Assembly: GCA_951406725.2 (NCBI GenBank)
Contig: OX597820.1
Coordinates: forward strand, 70,742,001 to 70,806,000
From: Octopus vulgaris
Taxonomy: Eukaryota
DNA length: 64,000 nucleotides
Reading direction: 5' to 3'
Shown here: positions 1 through 12,956 of the stretch, in pieces
Layout: each line of letters starts with the position of its first letter
Position numbering within the stretch: position 1 is the first letter of the stretch
Made by a program: the position numbers and the translations under genes
The notes under the pieces: model-generated
What the model saw: only the letters and a program-made list of their open reading frames with translations
Told to the model about the DNA's origin: nothing
Database searches by the model: none

Positions 1-204
1 ATATTAAATGTTCATTCTGATTAAACTAGTACTTTCATTCATTAAACTATGCAATCTTCAGGTTCATGCAGTGGTGGTGACAGTTATGTTTTACAATTTA
101 CAACTGTACGTATTTCTTAAAATTTCATGTTATCTTTAATTAAGCTTCTAGCTTTATAACTATATATCTTTTAAAATAGATTTGATTCGGTTTCTCCGAG
201 GTAT

Positions 205-250
205 TCGTCACTAAGGAAATCAAATCATGTCGAAACGCAGTGTATGACGA
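205..250 (+). ncRNA. Degenerate type-I hammerhead ribozyme relic
   Basis: tcgtca-CTAAGGA-...-GAAA-cgcagtg-TA-tgacga: perfect 6-bp stem I and a GTA triplet; core G5 mutated and stem II decayed. Confidence 0.5.
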
Positions 251-376
251 TCCACTGGTAATCTGAGTAAAGCTTTGTGTTTTTAACGCATAAGTCACAT
301 TGATAAATTTTCTCTGGGGCGAAATATTACAGCCAGTGCCATTCGACGCCTGTATAAACATAAATATTCACGTTTT

Positions 377-1005
377 AAAGTTATCTCTAAAGATTTCCTA
401 TAGAATTTAGAGCGAACTCTGAAATTTACGACGTTTCATATGTGAATACGTCTATGTAAACAAAGTGACTGAAGATAGAAAAATATGCAATAGGTGTATA
501 TACACATTTCAATAGTTATTGCTCCTTCTTCAGCACCACAATTTATCAATTACCTACGAACACACATCTTAAATAGCCAACTAAATTTTGTGATGTTACA
601 CAACTGGTTATACCAATTTTACATATTAGACATATTCCTTCTAAATTGTACGTGCACATCAATTACTGGTAGGGGCGCTGTATTCTGCTATGCAACCATA
701 ATATACTATAAAGTATATTAAAGGCTCATAATTCAATACCGTGTTCCACCTGTGTTAGCAGTGCTATTCAGTTACTTTATAAAGTTATCTGTATAGATTT
801 TCTATTGAAATTAGAGCAGCTCAGAAAGTCACAACATACGTATACGAATATGCATAAACACCCATTACCTATTTTTCTATCTTCCATCACATTGTTAATA
901 TAGACGTATTCGTATATGAAACGTCTTAACTGTTAGTGTTGGCTCTAATTTCTAGAGAAAATCTAGAGATAATTTAAAAAAGTGATTGAATTGCAGTGCT
1001 AATAC
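377..1005. repeat. Three diverged copies of a ~100-bp unit (two direct, one inverted); old foldback/MITE-like remnant
   Basis: aaagttatct...agatttt...aattagagc...gaatacgtcta at ~377-453 and ~750-856; reverse complement at ~901-1005. Confidence 0.6.
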
Positions 1006-1932
1006 GGGTGTCTTATATTCACTTATATTCTTTTAATACATTTGGTAGTTAATATGTTTGCTTAACGAAATACGGTATCCCAACCAGCAATTAATTCAAA
1101 TATTATGCACGCCGTCATTTTAAAGTAGTTTTCGGTCAAGAAATGAATATATCACAGTAAAGATTGTCGTAGAACAAGATGTAAACTTCCGGATAGCACT
1201 GTAGAGGTAACACCCCGGAGATTGCGCCATTCTATTTTGATTTATGGGTTGAATAGCATCGCAAGTATTGCTGCTAATGCCTTTATGCAATTTGTTTCCT
1301 TCCCAAGAGCATTAGCCTCGTAAATAGCTTTCCCACTGTCTCAATTGAATATTATAAAGCTTTTAGTCTCCAGTAGCCACCTCAGTAACCGCAATACAAA
1401 AACAAAATAGAAAAGAGAAACTGATAAATGAACATGACACAGCCTGATTTCCATTTTACTCCAAATTGGAAACATTGTGATTATATCGATCTGTCTTTAT
1501 TTATCTCATGGGAGCGTTCATGTACATTGAATAAACAGAGATGATACACATTGAGTAAATTGATGTTGTTTTTCATTATTTGCAGCATCACTCAACGAGC
1601 TATTAACGCTTTATCTTCTCAAGACAAACTGAGTATTTACTATAAATCATGAAATACAAAACCCTTACTGTCGATTCTTAGGAATTCAATAGCGGTGACT
1701 CTTCGCTTAAAAGCTGATCAGTACTAATCGGGTAAACATTTTGTTCAAAGACATTCCAGCCGTGAACACCTCGTCTTTTTTTGTGCAGTGTATCTCGACC
1801 TTCATTGTCTTATTTTTCGACAGTAGTGTGTGAGTGGAAGAAGATTTCGGTCGCCATTTGTAGCAGGTTCATCAGCCATGTTGGTTCGTATAGAGTAACG
1901 TGTTGAAATGACTAGACTTACTCGGAGCATAC

Positions 1933-2371
1933 ACTCTTTTACTCTTTTAATTGTTTCAGACATTTGACTGTGGCCATGCTGGAGCACCGCCTTTAATCGA
2001 GCAAACCGACACCAGGACTTATTCTTTGGAAGCCCAGTACTTATTCTATCGGTTTCTTTTGCCAAACCACTAAGTTACCAGCATCGGTTGTCAAGCGGTG
2101 TTGGGGGGACAAACACAGGCACACAAACGTACACACACACACACACATACACATACACACACACATACACACACACACACATACACACACAGACATATAT
2201 ATATATATATATATATATGACAGGCTTCTTTCAGTTTCCGTCTACCAAATCCACTCACAAGGCTTTTTGGTCGGCCCGAGGCTATAGTAGAAGACACTTG
2301 CCCAAGGTCCATGTAGTGGGACTGAACCCGGTTGGTAAGCAAGCTACTTACCACGCAGCCACTCCTACGCC
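1933..2371 (-). mobile_element. tRNA-headed SINE, family A (internal CA/TA microsatellite)
   Basis: Minus-strand head ggcgtaggagTGGCTGCGTGG...GGTTCAGTCCC (A/B-box-like), ccttgggcaagtgtctt CORE-like motif, (aaaagagt)n tail; many copies in window. Confidence 0.9.
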
Positions 2372-2587
2372 TATATAATAACGACTTATGAACAAAAGAG
2401 TAACGATGATGACCAACCAACCTTCCTCTTGGTTGCCATGGTTGTATGATTAAGAAATTGGTTTTGAAATTATGCGGTTTTAGGTTCGATTCCACTGCGT
2501 GACACGTTTGGCTTGTATGTTGTACCCTAAGAAATTGGAATGTGGTAGACGGAAGCTACATACATTCATGCACACATGCATGCATGC

Positions 2588-2906
2588 GCTCCGTCGATTA
2601 CGACGACGAGGGTTCCTGTTGATCCGATCAGCGGAACAGCTTGCTCGTGCGATTAACGTGCAAGTGGCTGAGCATTCCACAGACATGCGAACACCTTCAC
2701 ATACTTCTTAGAGGGATTCAGCTTGACACAGAGTGTGATAAGGCTGGTCCCTTGAAATACAGGTACTACTCATTTTTTTCAGCTGAATGGACTGGAGCAA
2801 CGTGAAATAAAGTGTCTTGCTCAATGACACAACTCGCCGCCGGGAATCGAACTCGTGACCTTATGATCGCGAGCCGAATACTCTAACCACTAAGCCATGC
2901 GCCTTC
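2588..2906 (-). mobile_element. tRNA-headed SINE, family C
   Basis: Head ggcgcatggcttagtggttag...gagttcgattcc; body and tail match the copy at 21842-22218. Confidence 0.85.
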
Positions 2907-2931
2907 ACACACACACACACACACATATATA

Positions 2932-3458
<527 letters not shown>

Positions 3459-3822
3459 GATTTTTCTCTAGGCACAAGGCCCGAAATTTTGGGGAAAGTG
3501 GCCAGTCAATTGGATCGACCCCGAAAGGATGAAAGGCTAAGCTGACCTCGGCGGAAAACATATATATACATATATATATTTATATATATACATACATTTA
3601 TATATGTGTATATATATATGTATGTATAATATATACAAAAATACATATATATATATATATATATATGTATTATGCATACATATATACATATATATATATA
3701 CATGTATATGTATATATGTATACCTAGAAACACGCACAAATACACATACATATATATATATATACACATATAGTGAGAGAGGAGAGAGAGGGGGAGAGAG
3801 TGTGAAAAGGATTGTGCATGTA

Positions 3823-3862
<40 letters not shown>

Positions 3863-4180
3863 GAAGAGAGACAGAGAGTGATGCTAAAATCGTATCCAAC
3901 GTTAATTAAAACTGGCTACGTTCCGAATTTCAGATCCGAGGAAAGTGAAATTAGCCAATTAATTAAGCTCGTATTCATAATCAGCTGTTAATGTGCGGTC
4001 TTCAATTGATGCGTTTACACTTTCGCTGTTAAGGTCACTGGGCTAAAAGTATGAACAATATAACAAGGATTTTTCTTCTCAAACTACACCCAACTATGTC
4101 CAAAAGAGAGAGAGAGAGGTGTTGGCCAATATAGGCCTAGATACGCAATTCCTGACAGAAGGCCAGGATATCTCGTGTAC

Positions 4181-4245
<65 letters not shown>

Positions 4246-4247
<2 letters not shown>

Positions 4248-4450
4248 CGAGACGTACTTGCATAGCAAGTGACCTGATGTGAGATCGTGTGCTGGAACGA
4301 AAATAATTGCAGCGTGGAAGGTGTTTATAAGCCATTTAAGAAGCACACAAAAACCAATAGATTCACTTCAACATTTAAATTTTATTTGCCAAAATATTTT
4401 CGTCGCTTTGAAACTGCGACCTGTTCACTGACAAAATTCCGTGCTGCATC
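4246..4450 (-). mobile_element. ~205-bp (TA)n-anchored HHR-bearing element (G3:C8 family)
   Basis: Near-identical to 43512-43716 and 43385-43513; 3' end abuts (TA)n. Confidence 0.85.
4385..4435 (-). ncRNA. Minimal type-I hammerhead ribozyme, G3:C8 core variant
   Basis: tttgtca-GTGAACA-g-gtcgc(agtttcaaa)gcgac-GAAA-atat-TT-tggcaaa: 7-bp stem I, 5-bp stem II, palindromic AATATT stem III. Confidence 0.7.
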
Positions 4451-4464
4451 TATCTATCTATCTA

Positions 4465-4516
<52 letters not shown>

Positions 4517-4922
4517 TATATATAGTTCAAAAGTCCTTCTCGAGCCATAGGCTGATAAGATCGGTTCCCATGATTCTGTGGTGTCTCACCGATCCCCGAC
4601 CCAGAGGAGACGCCGATTCTTTGCAGGGTTGATCATTTTTGACAGCTGAGCGGCCTAGTGCAACGTGAAATGAAGTGTTTTGTATCGCCCGTAGCAGGAA
4701 TTGAAACCACATGTATGTGTGTATGTAAGTATGTACGTATGTATGTACGTATGTATGTTTGGTTAAGAAGTTTGGTTTATGGTCCTTATGTATGTATGTA
4801 CATGAGTATATATATATATATATATATATAGGTTAAAGAAGTATATATGTGTGCGTGTACGTGTGTGTGCGTGTGCGTGTGTGCGCGTGCGCGTGCGCGT
4901 GAACATGTGTACGTGTGTGTGG

Positions 4923-5978
4923 ACTGGGTGTTCGGGATAAATTTGACAGTTTGCATAAAAAGAAAAGAAAGCATAACATTACGTTCAGAAAGAAAGATAC
5001 TTTAAAAATTCAAAAAATATCAATTAGATTAAAACTGGGTGATAACATCTTACTGAAAATAGCTACACTTCTACAAGGGTCCGGAACCTGACGCATGCGT
5101 TCCTCACTATATCCCATAGAAGATCTTCGAACTATTTCTTAATCTTGTCCAACAGCTCGGCTTTGGTGTTGGAAAACAAAACGTTTAGTGTCTTTCTTAG
5201 CCGGGCTCTACACCATGTATACCCCTGGTTGCGTTTTCGCAACGCAAAACCTGCTCCTACTTGTGTTGGACATGAACTTGCCAGGAAGCATTTGACTGAA
5301 CATACAAAATATTCAGTTGGTAGTGAACACCCGTAGCTAACAGTTCCATATTGTCCTTCTCTTCCAGATTGTGAAAGCTTACCATAAATTTTAATCTAAA
5401 TACAGTGAAATTTTAAAACTTCATTGGTGGGGGCATAATAATCCCTGGGATTACACTCGAGGGAATTAGGGAGCCATAAAATGAGGTTGGCGAAATCGTA
5501 CAAATTCTCTGACAACCACTTCTGACTCTTTCCGGAGGTATAGCAAAGACCTGAATCCTGCTGTTACACATATGGCATTCCAGCTGCAACCATTTCCAAC
5601 CATTTATTGACCACAGTCACCAGCAGTTGCACATAGCCGTCGGAACTGAGTCTGAGGCCCTGTTAAAAAAAGTGGAGACAACCCATTTTAAGGGAACTTG
5701 ACTTTCATGATGTCCATGTCAGGTCTTAAAGCCTTTACACTGTTCAGAGGGCAATGAGCAGCAGTCATGTCGATATTTTTGTATCCGGTGTGAATCATTA
5801 TGACAAAGGTAACTTTTCCAATATTCAAATGGCTTTCTGACAGCTAACATTTTCTCAACTACAACTTCAATCTTTATGCTCTTCAACACATTTGATTGGT
5901 CACCAAATACACGAAGCTGTATCTGAGATAAAAGAGGCATTAAAACAACCGTCATTTTCTTTTTACTGAACGCCCTGT
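4923..5978 (-). mobile_element. Decayed Tc1/mariner-superfamily transposon (maT/DD37D-like)
   Basis: Broken minus-strand frames PYV*QQDSG, SQKWLSENLYDF...WLPNSLECNPRDYY, NTKAELLDKIKK...NACVRFR; diverged ends ctgggtgttc/cagggcgttc; ~230-bp foreign insert at ~5200-5435. Confidence 0.7.
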
Positions 5979-6006
5979 ACATATATGTGTGTACGTGTGT
6001 GTATGA

Positions 6007-6070
<64 letters not shown>

Positions 6071-6117
6071 GTATGTATGTATGTATGTATGTATGTATGT
6101 ATGTATGTATGTATATA

Positions 6118-6619
6118 GAGGGAGAGAATCAGATGAATATGGTACTTAAGTTGAGGCACCAGAATTTAGTACAGTATTATCCGTACAATTTCAAAGAAAG
6201 GTGATTAAAATCAAAATAAGCAACAAGGATATCCAGAGGTAATGCAGTACGATTGTTTCATGCAACTCCATTTAATTGAACAATGCAATTATTTCATCAA
6301 TTGAGAATGCAGAGCAATCTTCAGCTGCACAAAGACATAGAATTTAATGAAATTAGAACAGATGCACACATTAGTAAAAGAACAGCATGTTCTTTGTCTA
6401 TCTCCTTAACTTCTTAGAGATTTTAGGTATAATTATACTAATGTGTCCATCAGCTCAAATTTAATTAGATTCTATGTCTTTGTGCAGCTGATTGCTCTGC
6501 ATTTTAAACTGATATAATGATTGTATTGTTCAATTAAATGGAGTTGCATGAAACGATCATACTGCATTACCTCTGGATATCCTTGTTGCTTATTTTGATT
6601 TTAATCACCTTACTTTGAA
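6118..6619. mobile_element. Head-to-head inverted pair of an HHR element between microsatellites
   Basis: Arms 6190-6377 and 6436-6619 are diverged reverse complements. Confidence 0.85.
6242..6330 (-). ncRNA. Type-I hammerhead ribozyme with long stem II
   Basis: gtgcag-CTGAAGA-[~58-nt stem II]-GAAA-caatcg-TA-ctgcat; the partner at 6482-6567 has GAAAcgatcaTA and a 3-nt core deletion; consensus stem III is ACGATCGT. Confidence 0.75.
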
Positions 6620-6655
6620 GATGTATATGTGTGCGTGCGTGTGTGTGTGTGTGTG

Positions 6656-6704
<49 letters not shown>

Positions 6705-7229
6705 CAAGATGCTCTAAGATACAAGGGGACTAAAACTGTCCAATAGGCTCGAGATGCAGGGGCTCAACTTCGCAACAAAACAACAGATCAGTTTTTGGTA
6801 GACCATAATGTGAGCTTGTACCTGATCCCAGACCTATTAGTAAAGCTTCATCAGTGGTCATTTTCTCCACTGTTCAGGCCAAAAGGCGGCCGGATCACAA
6901 GATGGACTTCAATACGGGAAGCGGTAGCTAGCTGCACGGGGATGGTTTTGATGGTCTGCCCTAAGAGGTAACCTTTATATGCCAAACTTACTTGGTGATT
7001 ATTTGGCAGCTATCTACAAAAACTAACAGCACACTGGTATAATCCCCATTTCTGTAAGTCGAAGAGCGGCAGCACAGCTGAGAAAGGACCAGAATAACAG
7101 ATCAGCATATTTTAAAATTTTTACGACTCATAACTCTGCTAAATGCAGATTGCAAAATTTTGTACAAATTTTTAGTGTAGTGTTTAGCTCTTGACGTCAG
7201 TAGTTTTATTAGTGATACACCATCCCCTA

Positions 7230-7650
7230 CACACTTATCTGCGACAATCCCCACCTCATACAATACATCATTTAGAGCACCAGTAAGTGACCTGGCACTG
7301 GTGGGGGCAAGATCATCTTACATCAATCGATAGCTTTCAATAAAGTCGACCACCAAATACTTGGCGGCTGCCCTTACAGCAGCTAGTTTCGGTCTTGTCT
7401 TCAGGGACTGGATCGCCGCACAGTACTGCGACATCCGTTCGGTGATTAGAGTTATCTTCCACCTATTACAAGCATTGGATATCAAGCACTCAGTCAGTCA
7501 GCATTGTCCCTTCTCATTTTTTCTGTACTAATTGACTCTTGAGACATTACTACGAAAAGTAAAGGGGCTGAGAAGCATTCAGAGAGAACAAGAGTAAGAA
7601 AGGCTTTTATTGATATATGCAGACGACCTCACCGTAATAGTGTCTAGTTC
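7230..7650 (+). mobile_element. Decayed Tx1/L1-type reverse transcriptase remnant
   Basis: Broken frames resembling DxxKAFDRV (atcaatcgatagctttcaataaagtcgac), GLVFRDWIAAQY, VRQGCPLS-like and YADDLTVIV. Confidence 0.65.
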
Positions 7651-8569
7651 GCCTATTGAATCTCACCAATGGCCTTTAACAATTCGAAATTGAAATTCGA
7701 GTCAAGACAAACGTTTCAATTTTGCATTTAACTTCAAATAGATCCTCAGTTTATTTGGTAAAGTCTGTGGATCATATCGGGTTAAGCAATTTATTGACGT
7801 CAGTTACATAGCTTTTCAAACTAACATGCGATATATCGTTTTGTCTATGTCTATTACTTCGATATCATAAATATTTAAACGTTTCTGACAGATATTATAT
7901 TTCTTCTATGTAGCTACATCACTGATTCAGTGTGATTTCTGTCAGCTTAAGTTGGACTTCAGAAATGACAGATTTCACATAAATTGTAAGGCTAGAATTC
8001 AAAGATATGTGTTATTAAAAAAAAATACCTACCGCTGTTGTTGCAGTTGTTGTTGTTGCTGCTGCTGCTGATGATGATTATCATGATGATGATCATGATG
8101 ATGATAATGATGATGAAGTTATTCTTGTTTTTTCAGCATATTATCATTTATAACATTAAAATGTGTCGCAGTGGGAATTAAGATTTTGAGAAAACTACAC
8201 TGATTACAATATTGGTGAAGAAGAGCAGTCAGACGAAGCTGAATTCTTAATTGTATAGCACAAATAATTAATTATCTTGAATCCAGGAAAAAAGTCACAT
8301 GCAAAAAAGAAATTATCAGAAAAGTCACACGAAAAAATTTAAAGTACACAACACGTTATGTCTTCAACTTTTATCTGTTACTTGTTTCAATGATTGAATT
8401 GCGACCACTCTGGGGTATCGCATCGAAGATATCTGGTCGGTTGTGTTTTAAATAAGAGGATATTCTACCAATACTCTTTTGACTTGTCGGTCTCAATATA
8501 GTCAACTTCGTCATTAAGTGTTTTCCTTTTTGTTATTCTGTTCGAGAATGTTCCGGCTACCACTTTTCC

Positions 8570-9297
8570 AGTTCTATATTTAAGAGATGAGGAATTATGT
8601 ACATTATTTGCATTCGAAGTCCGGCTGGTATACCCTCCAGCCTTCATCAGGTGTCTTGGGAAAATTTCGAACCTGGGTTCTCATTCTTATTATTAATATT
8701 ATTATTCAGGTCACTGCCTGGAATCGAACGTCGGTATCTTGGTGTTAGTAGCTTGCGCTCTTAACCACTACCCGTCGGCAATTATGGCGTGAATTTTTAG
8801 GGCTTATAAATCTAATATTTTTCTATCCTTCCTTAATACCGGTTTCTATATGCAATTCATATCTGCACTCGGTCTACTTAGGAGGTTGTTGTGTCCTAGC
8901 GTATGTGCTGCTTCTTTTAGTTTTCGTATTTTCCAGTGGTGTTCTCTGTCTATTATTTGAATTTCATCCCATAGGGGGAGATGCTCTCCATTTTTCCATA
9001 CATGATCAGCTATACCCGATTTATCAATATCTCCTCGTGTCACATCTTTGCGATGTTCGTCTACCCTTATTTTGAGGGGGTAGCATGTTTCACCTTTGTA
9101 TAACCTTCCACTGCTACATGGGATGGAGTACATGCAATTTTTGATCATATTCTCCTCTATTGGTAGTTTTACTCGAAAGAGATATTTGTGAAGTGTTGTA
9201 TTATTCTTGAATACTGTTCTGATATCATATGGGCAGCATATCTTTTGTATTTTTTCGGAGAGGCGTTTCACATAGGGTAGACAGACTGTGGACAATG
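8570..9297 (-). mobile_element. 5'-truncated Penelope-like element: C-terminal GIY-YIG endonuclease plus 3' region
   Basis: ORF 8846-9295 VCLPYVKRLSEKI...CMYSIPCSSGRLYKGETCYPLKIRVDEHRK...SGIADHVW...RKLKEA, followed by a tRNA-like segment and a half-deleted HHR (8620-8655). Confidence 0.9.
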
Positions 9298-9304
9298 TAT
9301 TGGG

Positions 9305-9890
9305 TTCATCCTCATAGAAGAGAATAAGACCAAAAACTGCATGTACTCCATCCCATGCAGCTGTGGTAGGTTATACAAAGGCGAAACATGCCACCCCCTC
9401 AAAATAAGTGTAGAAATCGCAAATCTGTGACACGAGGAGATATTGATAAATCGGGTATAGCTGATCATGTATGGAAAAATGGAGACCACCTGCCCCTATA
9501 AGTTAAAATAATAGACAGAGAACACCACTGGAAAATACGAAAACTAAAAGAAACCGTATATATGGTAGGACACAACAACCTCCTAAGCAAACCGAGTGCA
9601 GATATGAATAACATATGGGAAGCAGATATGAATAGCATATTAAGGAAGAATAGGAAAATATTAGATTTATAAGCCCTAAAATTCACTCCATAATTGCCCA
9701 CGGGCGAGCTACTAACCCCAAGATTCCGAGTTCGATTCCAAGCAGTGACCTTAATAACAACAATAATAATATCAAAAACTTAGGAATGAGAAACCAGGTT
9801 CGAAATTTCCCCAAGACACTTGATGAAGGCTGGAGGTATATCAGCCGAAAAGTTGTGTTAACAACAAACGTCGAATGTAAATAATGTACC
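9305..9890 (+). mobile_element. Inverted second PLE copy (frameshifted GIY-YIG plus 3' region with degenerate HHR at 9815-9859)
   Basis: Reverse complement of ~8600-9165; gacac-TTGATGA-aggctg...cagcc-GAAA-agtt-gtgtt. Confidence 0.88.
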
Positions 9891-9944
9891 ACTTTTCCAT
9901 TTATTAATTTAATCCTTACGCTTCAAAAATTTTAATAAGTCACT

Positions 9945-10300
9945 TAATTATATACTCCATTTCATTGCTCACGACTTGTTGACAACGTTCCACTTGGTTG
10001 TCAATACCTTGACGGTAGAAATCACGTTCCTTGATTTAGAGAATTCATCGAACCACATTTGCAGCTCCATGTTGTTGCTGAACGAAACGCCCTGAAACTG
10101 TTGAAGGCGCTATATCAGAACACGCTGAGTGCGATAGAACTGCTCTCTCTCTCTTCTCTTGAATAACATTTTTGGTCAAATTAGTGACGTGGGGTAGAGC
10201 GTTGCTGTGTTGAAGAAACACGTCCTATCGCTGGTTGGTGTGCCACGACTGTGGATGAGCTCGTTCTGTCATCTTCATTGTAGTTTTAAAACCATTTCTT
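9945..10300 (-). mobile_element. Mariner transposase C-terminal remnant
   Basis: VFLQHSNALPHVTNLTKNVIQE (cf. LQHDNARPH) and GVSFSNNMELQMWFDEF...DFYRQGIDNQVERCQQVVSNEMEYII*. Confidence 0.75.
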
Positions 10301-10519
10301 TGCAGTTCTTTCAGTAACAACACTTCCTCTGTATACAGCACAAATGTCTTTAATGGCTTCGGCACCTTTGGAACTTTGATTGAAAGCCAAGCGAGGAATG
10401 TGTCGGAAAAACTCATTAATTTGCGCTTAACAGCATATATCTGCAAACAGGTAAAATCTTTTGAAATTTCAAAAACGATAAACAAACGTTGTAAGCAAAG
10501 ACAAGAGATACACAATATA

Positions 10520-10596
<77 letters not shown>

Positions 10597-10597
10597 G

Positions 10598-10628
<31 letters not shown>

Positions 10629-11112
10629 GTATGTATGTATGTATATATATATTGTGTTAATTAAAATATTCGAAAGAAACGAAGGAATTTATCTGACAAC
10701 CCAGTGTATAAGTGTGTGTGTGCATGCATGTATATATGATTGTTTATCTATCTATCTATACAGACATACATACATACATACATACATACATAAATGCATA
10801 CATACATACATGCATACATACATACATACATACATACATACATACATACATACATACATACATACATACATACATACATACATACATACATACATACAGA
10901 AAAGCAGAAAAGAAATCATTTAACTATATTTCTTAAGCGAATATATTCAGCAGGAATTCGGTAGGAACTAATTTTAAATAATCTTCCGAAAGGAAATGAT
11001 TTGTTGCTTCTCTTTACTCAACGAAACTTTTCAATCTGAATCTGCATCAATTATTCACAGATGAAATTAATCTAAATCTTAATGGATTTTATCTTAATAC
11101 GTGATAAATGTA

Positions 11113-11153
<41 letters not shown>

Positions 11154-11315
11154 CGTGTGGGCGTGTGTGTGTGTGTGTGTGTGTGAAAAATGCTTGATAC
11201 AAAGTATTCTAAATACACCTTACCTGTTTTATATAGCGACAAGTAATGAATTTTGCATTTCATAGCGTGCGTTATTAAGTAAAGGTAATCTGTGGAGAGT
11301 GGAGAGTGGAGAGTG

Positions 11316-11560
11316 GAGGCACATGGCCTAATGGTTAGAGCAGCGGACTCGCGGTCGAGGGATCGCGGGTTCGAATCTCAGACTGGGCGATGTGTGTGTT
11401 TATGAGCGAAACACCTAAGCTCCACGCGTCTACGGCTGAAGGTAATGGCAAACTTCTGCTGACTCTTTCGCCACAACTTTCTCTCACTCTTTCCTCCTGC
11501 ATCTTGCAGCTCACCTTCGACGGACCGGAGTCCCGTCCAGGTGGGGAACCTATACGCCAG
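11316..11560 (+). mobile_element. SINE family C variant
   Basis: ggaggcacaTGGCCTAATGGttagagcagcggactcgcggtc...GGTTCGAATC head; body shared with 21842. Confidence 0.85.
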
Positions 11561-12564
11561 GCATTGCTCGAGAAGGAACAAACAATCTGTGGAGGAGGTA
11601 CCAAGATGAATCTGCGATCCGGTTTCCATTCATTTCCAAAAGTAGTTTACAAAGTATCCGTAATCCACTGGAATCAAGTAAATTGACTATTCTTCTCTGA
11701 CTGGTGTTACTTTCATTATATTACATAGCAGCAGAAATACAGAGTATCCTGCGATATCCCTAAGTCTTTCAAATAAGACGCAATAGCAGAAGCATGATCA
11801 CTCTTGAACTCTAGCCGCCCACATTGTGCTTTTTACTTTTAACTATCCATTTTGGTTCACCCCGTGATGGCTGAATCCATTTAGTTTTACTTGGACCGTC
11901 CACCCCTTTAACATGATGGACTAGCCTAGCGTCTGTTCATCAGCTATAAAATGAGAAGTTTTGACCCGCTAAGTCCCAGGGAGGAGAGTTCTGCGGCGAG
12001 CGACCTGGGACCTTGATGTGAGAACAGTTTGATTTCACTGTGCAGTTTTCAGCTTGAACAGAATTCAAACCAGAATCCTTGACGTTCTGCTTCGCGTCTT
12101 ACCAATGCTTGAATAGAATTGTAGCCAGAATTTTTGTGATGCTGTACTTCAGGTTTTTCTAAGCTTTCAATCTTCATTTTTATGAGAATCTAAAACTATA
12201 CAATCTATTGACAAATATTGATGTCCTACTAGTTTGCTGTTTCTAATTTTAGCATTAGTAATATAAGTGTTTCTGTGCGGTCAATTGCAATTTGTCTTTG
12301 AATTTGTGATTTAATATCTATTCTGACGTCATGTAACATAATATATCAGATCTTAAACCGCAATTCATACAACCACATTCATACCTTATAGCTAAAACAC
12401 GACCAAGGTCTCTATACGGTCATATTGGGTCTATGTAATTCTGCTTAATAATCCTGGAGTCTTTAGCTATAATTATTTACCCTATATGACGTATTCAGTA
12501 CTCTTTTCATTGTGTGTCCACTCGCACACAGACCAACATATACGCATTCACGTGGACTCTCTCT

Positions 12565-12605
<41 letters not shown>

Positions 12606-12701
12606 TCACGCACGCGCGCGGACAATCTGGCCTAACACACACCAATACATATTTCTCCGTCACTCCCGACTTTTTTCTTTCGTCTACATTTTTCTTCCTA
12701 A

Positions 12702-12737
12702 CTTTCTGAAGAAGAACTTAAACTCGAAACGTCAAAG
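12702..12737 (+). ncRNA. Minimal hammerhead ribozyme in a short repeat family (relatives at ~45900-46062 and ~59935-60135)
   Basis: cttt-CTGAAGA-agaacttaaactc-GAAA-cg-TC-aaag; GTC triplet; relatives keep gagc/gctc stem II or GAAACGTC but substitute core position 6. Confidence 0.6.
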
Positions 12738-12911
12738 ACTTTCTTAATCCCTCATTGAGCGTCAAACATTGTTTCCACTTCGTCTCTGAGACTTCTATCC
12801 TTGTCGTTGATTTTCAACGCATATCTGTCTATTTATCTACCTATCTATCTACCTACCTATCTATCTGCCTACCTATCTATCTACCTATCTATCTATCTAC
12901 CTACCTACATA

Positions 12912-12956
<45 letters not shown>

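Noticed and set aside
1802-2495. Recurrent ORFs such as RLWSARGYSRRHLPKVPRSG
   Set aside because: Read-throughs of SINE family A, not proteins
11316-11390. SINE heads as functional tRNA genes
   Set aside because: No complete acceptor stem; they continue into SINE bodies
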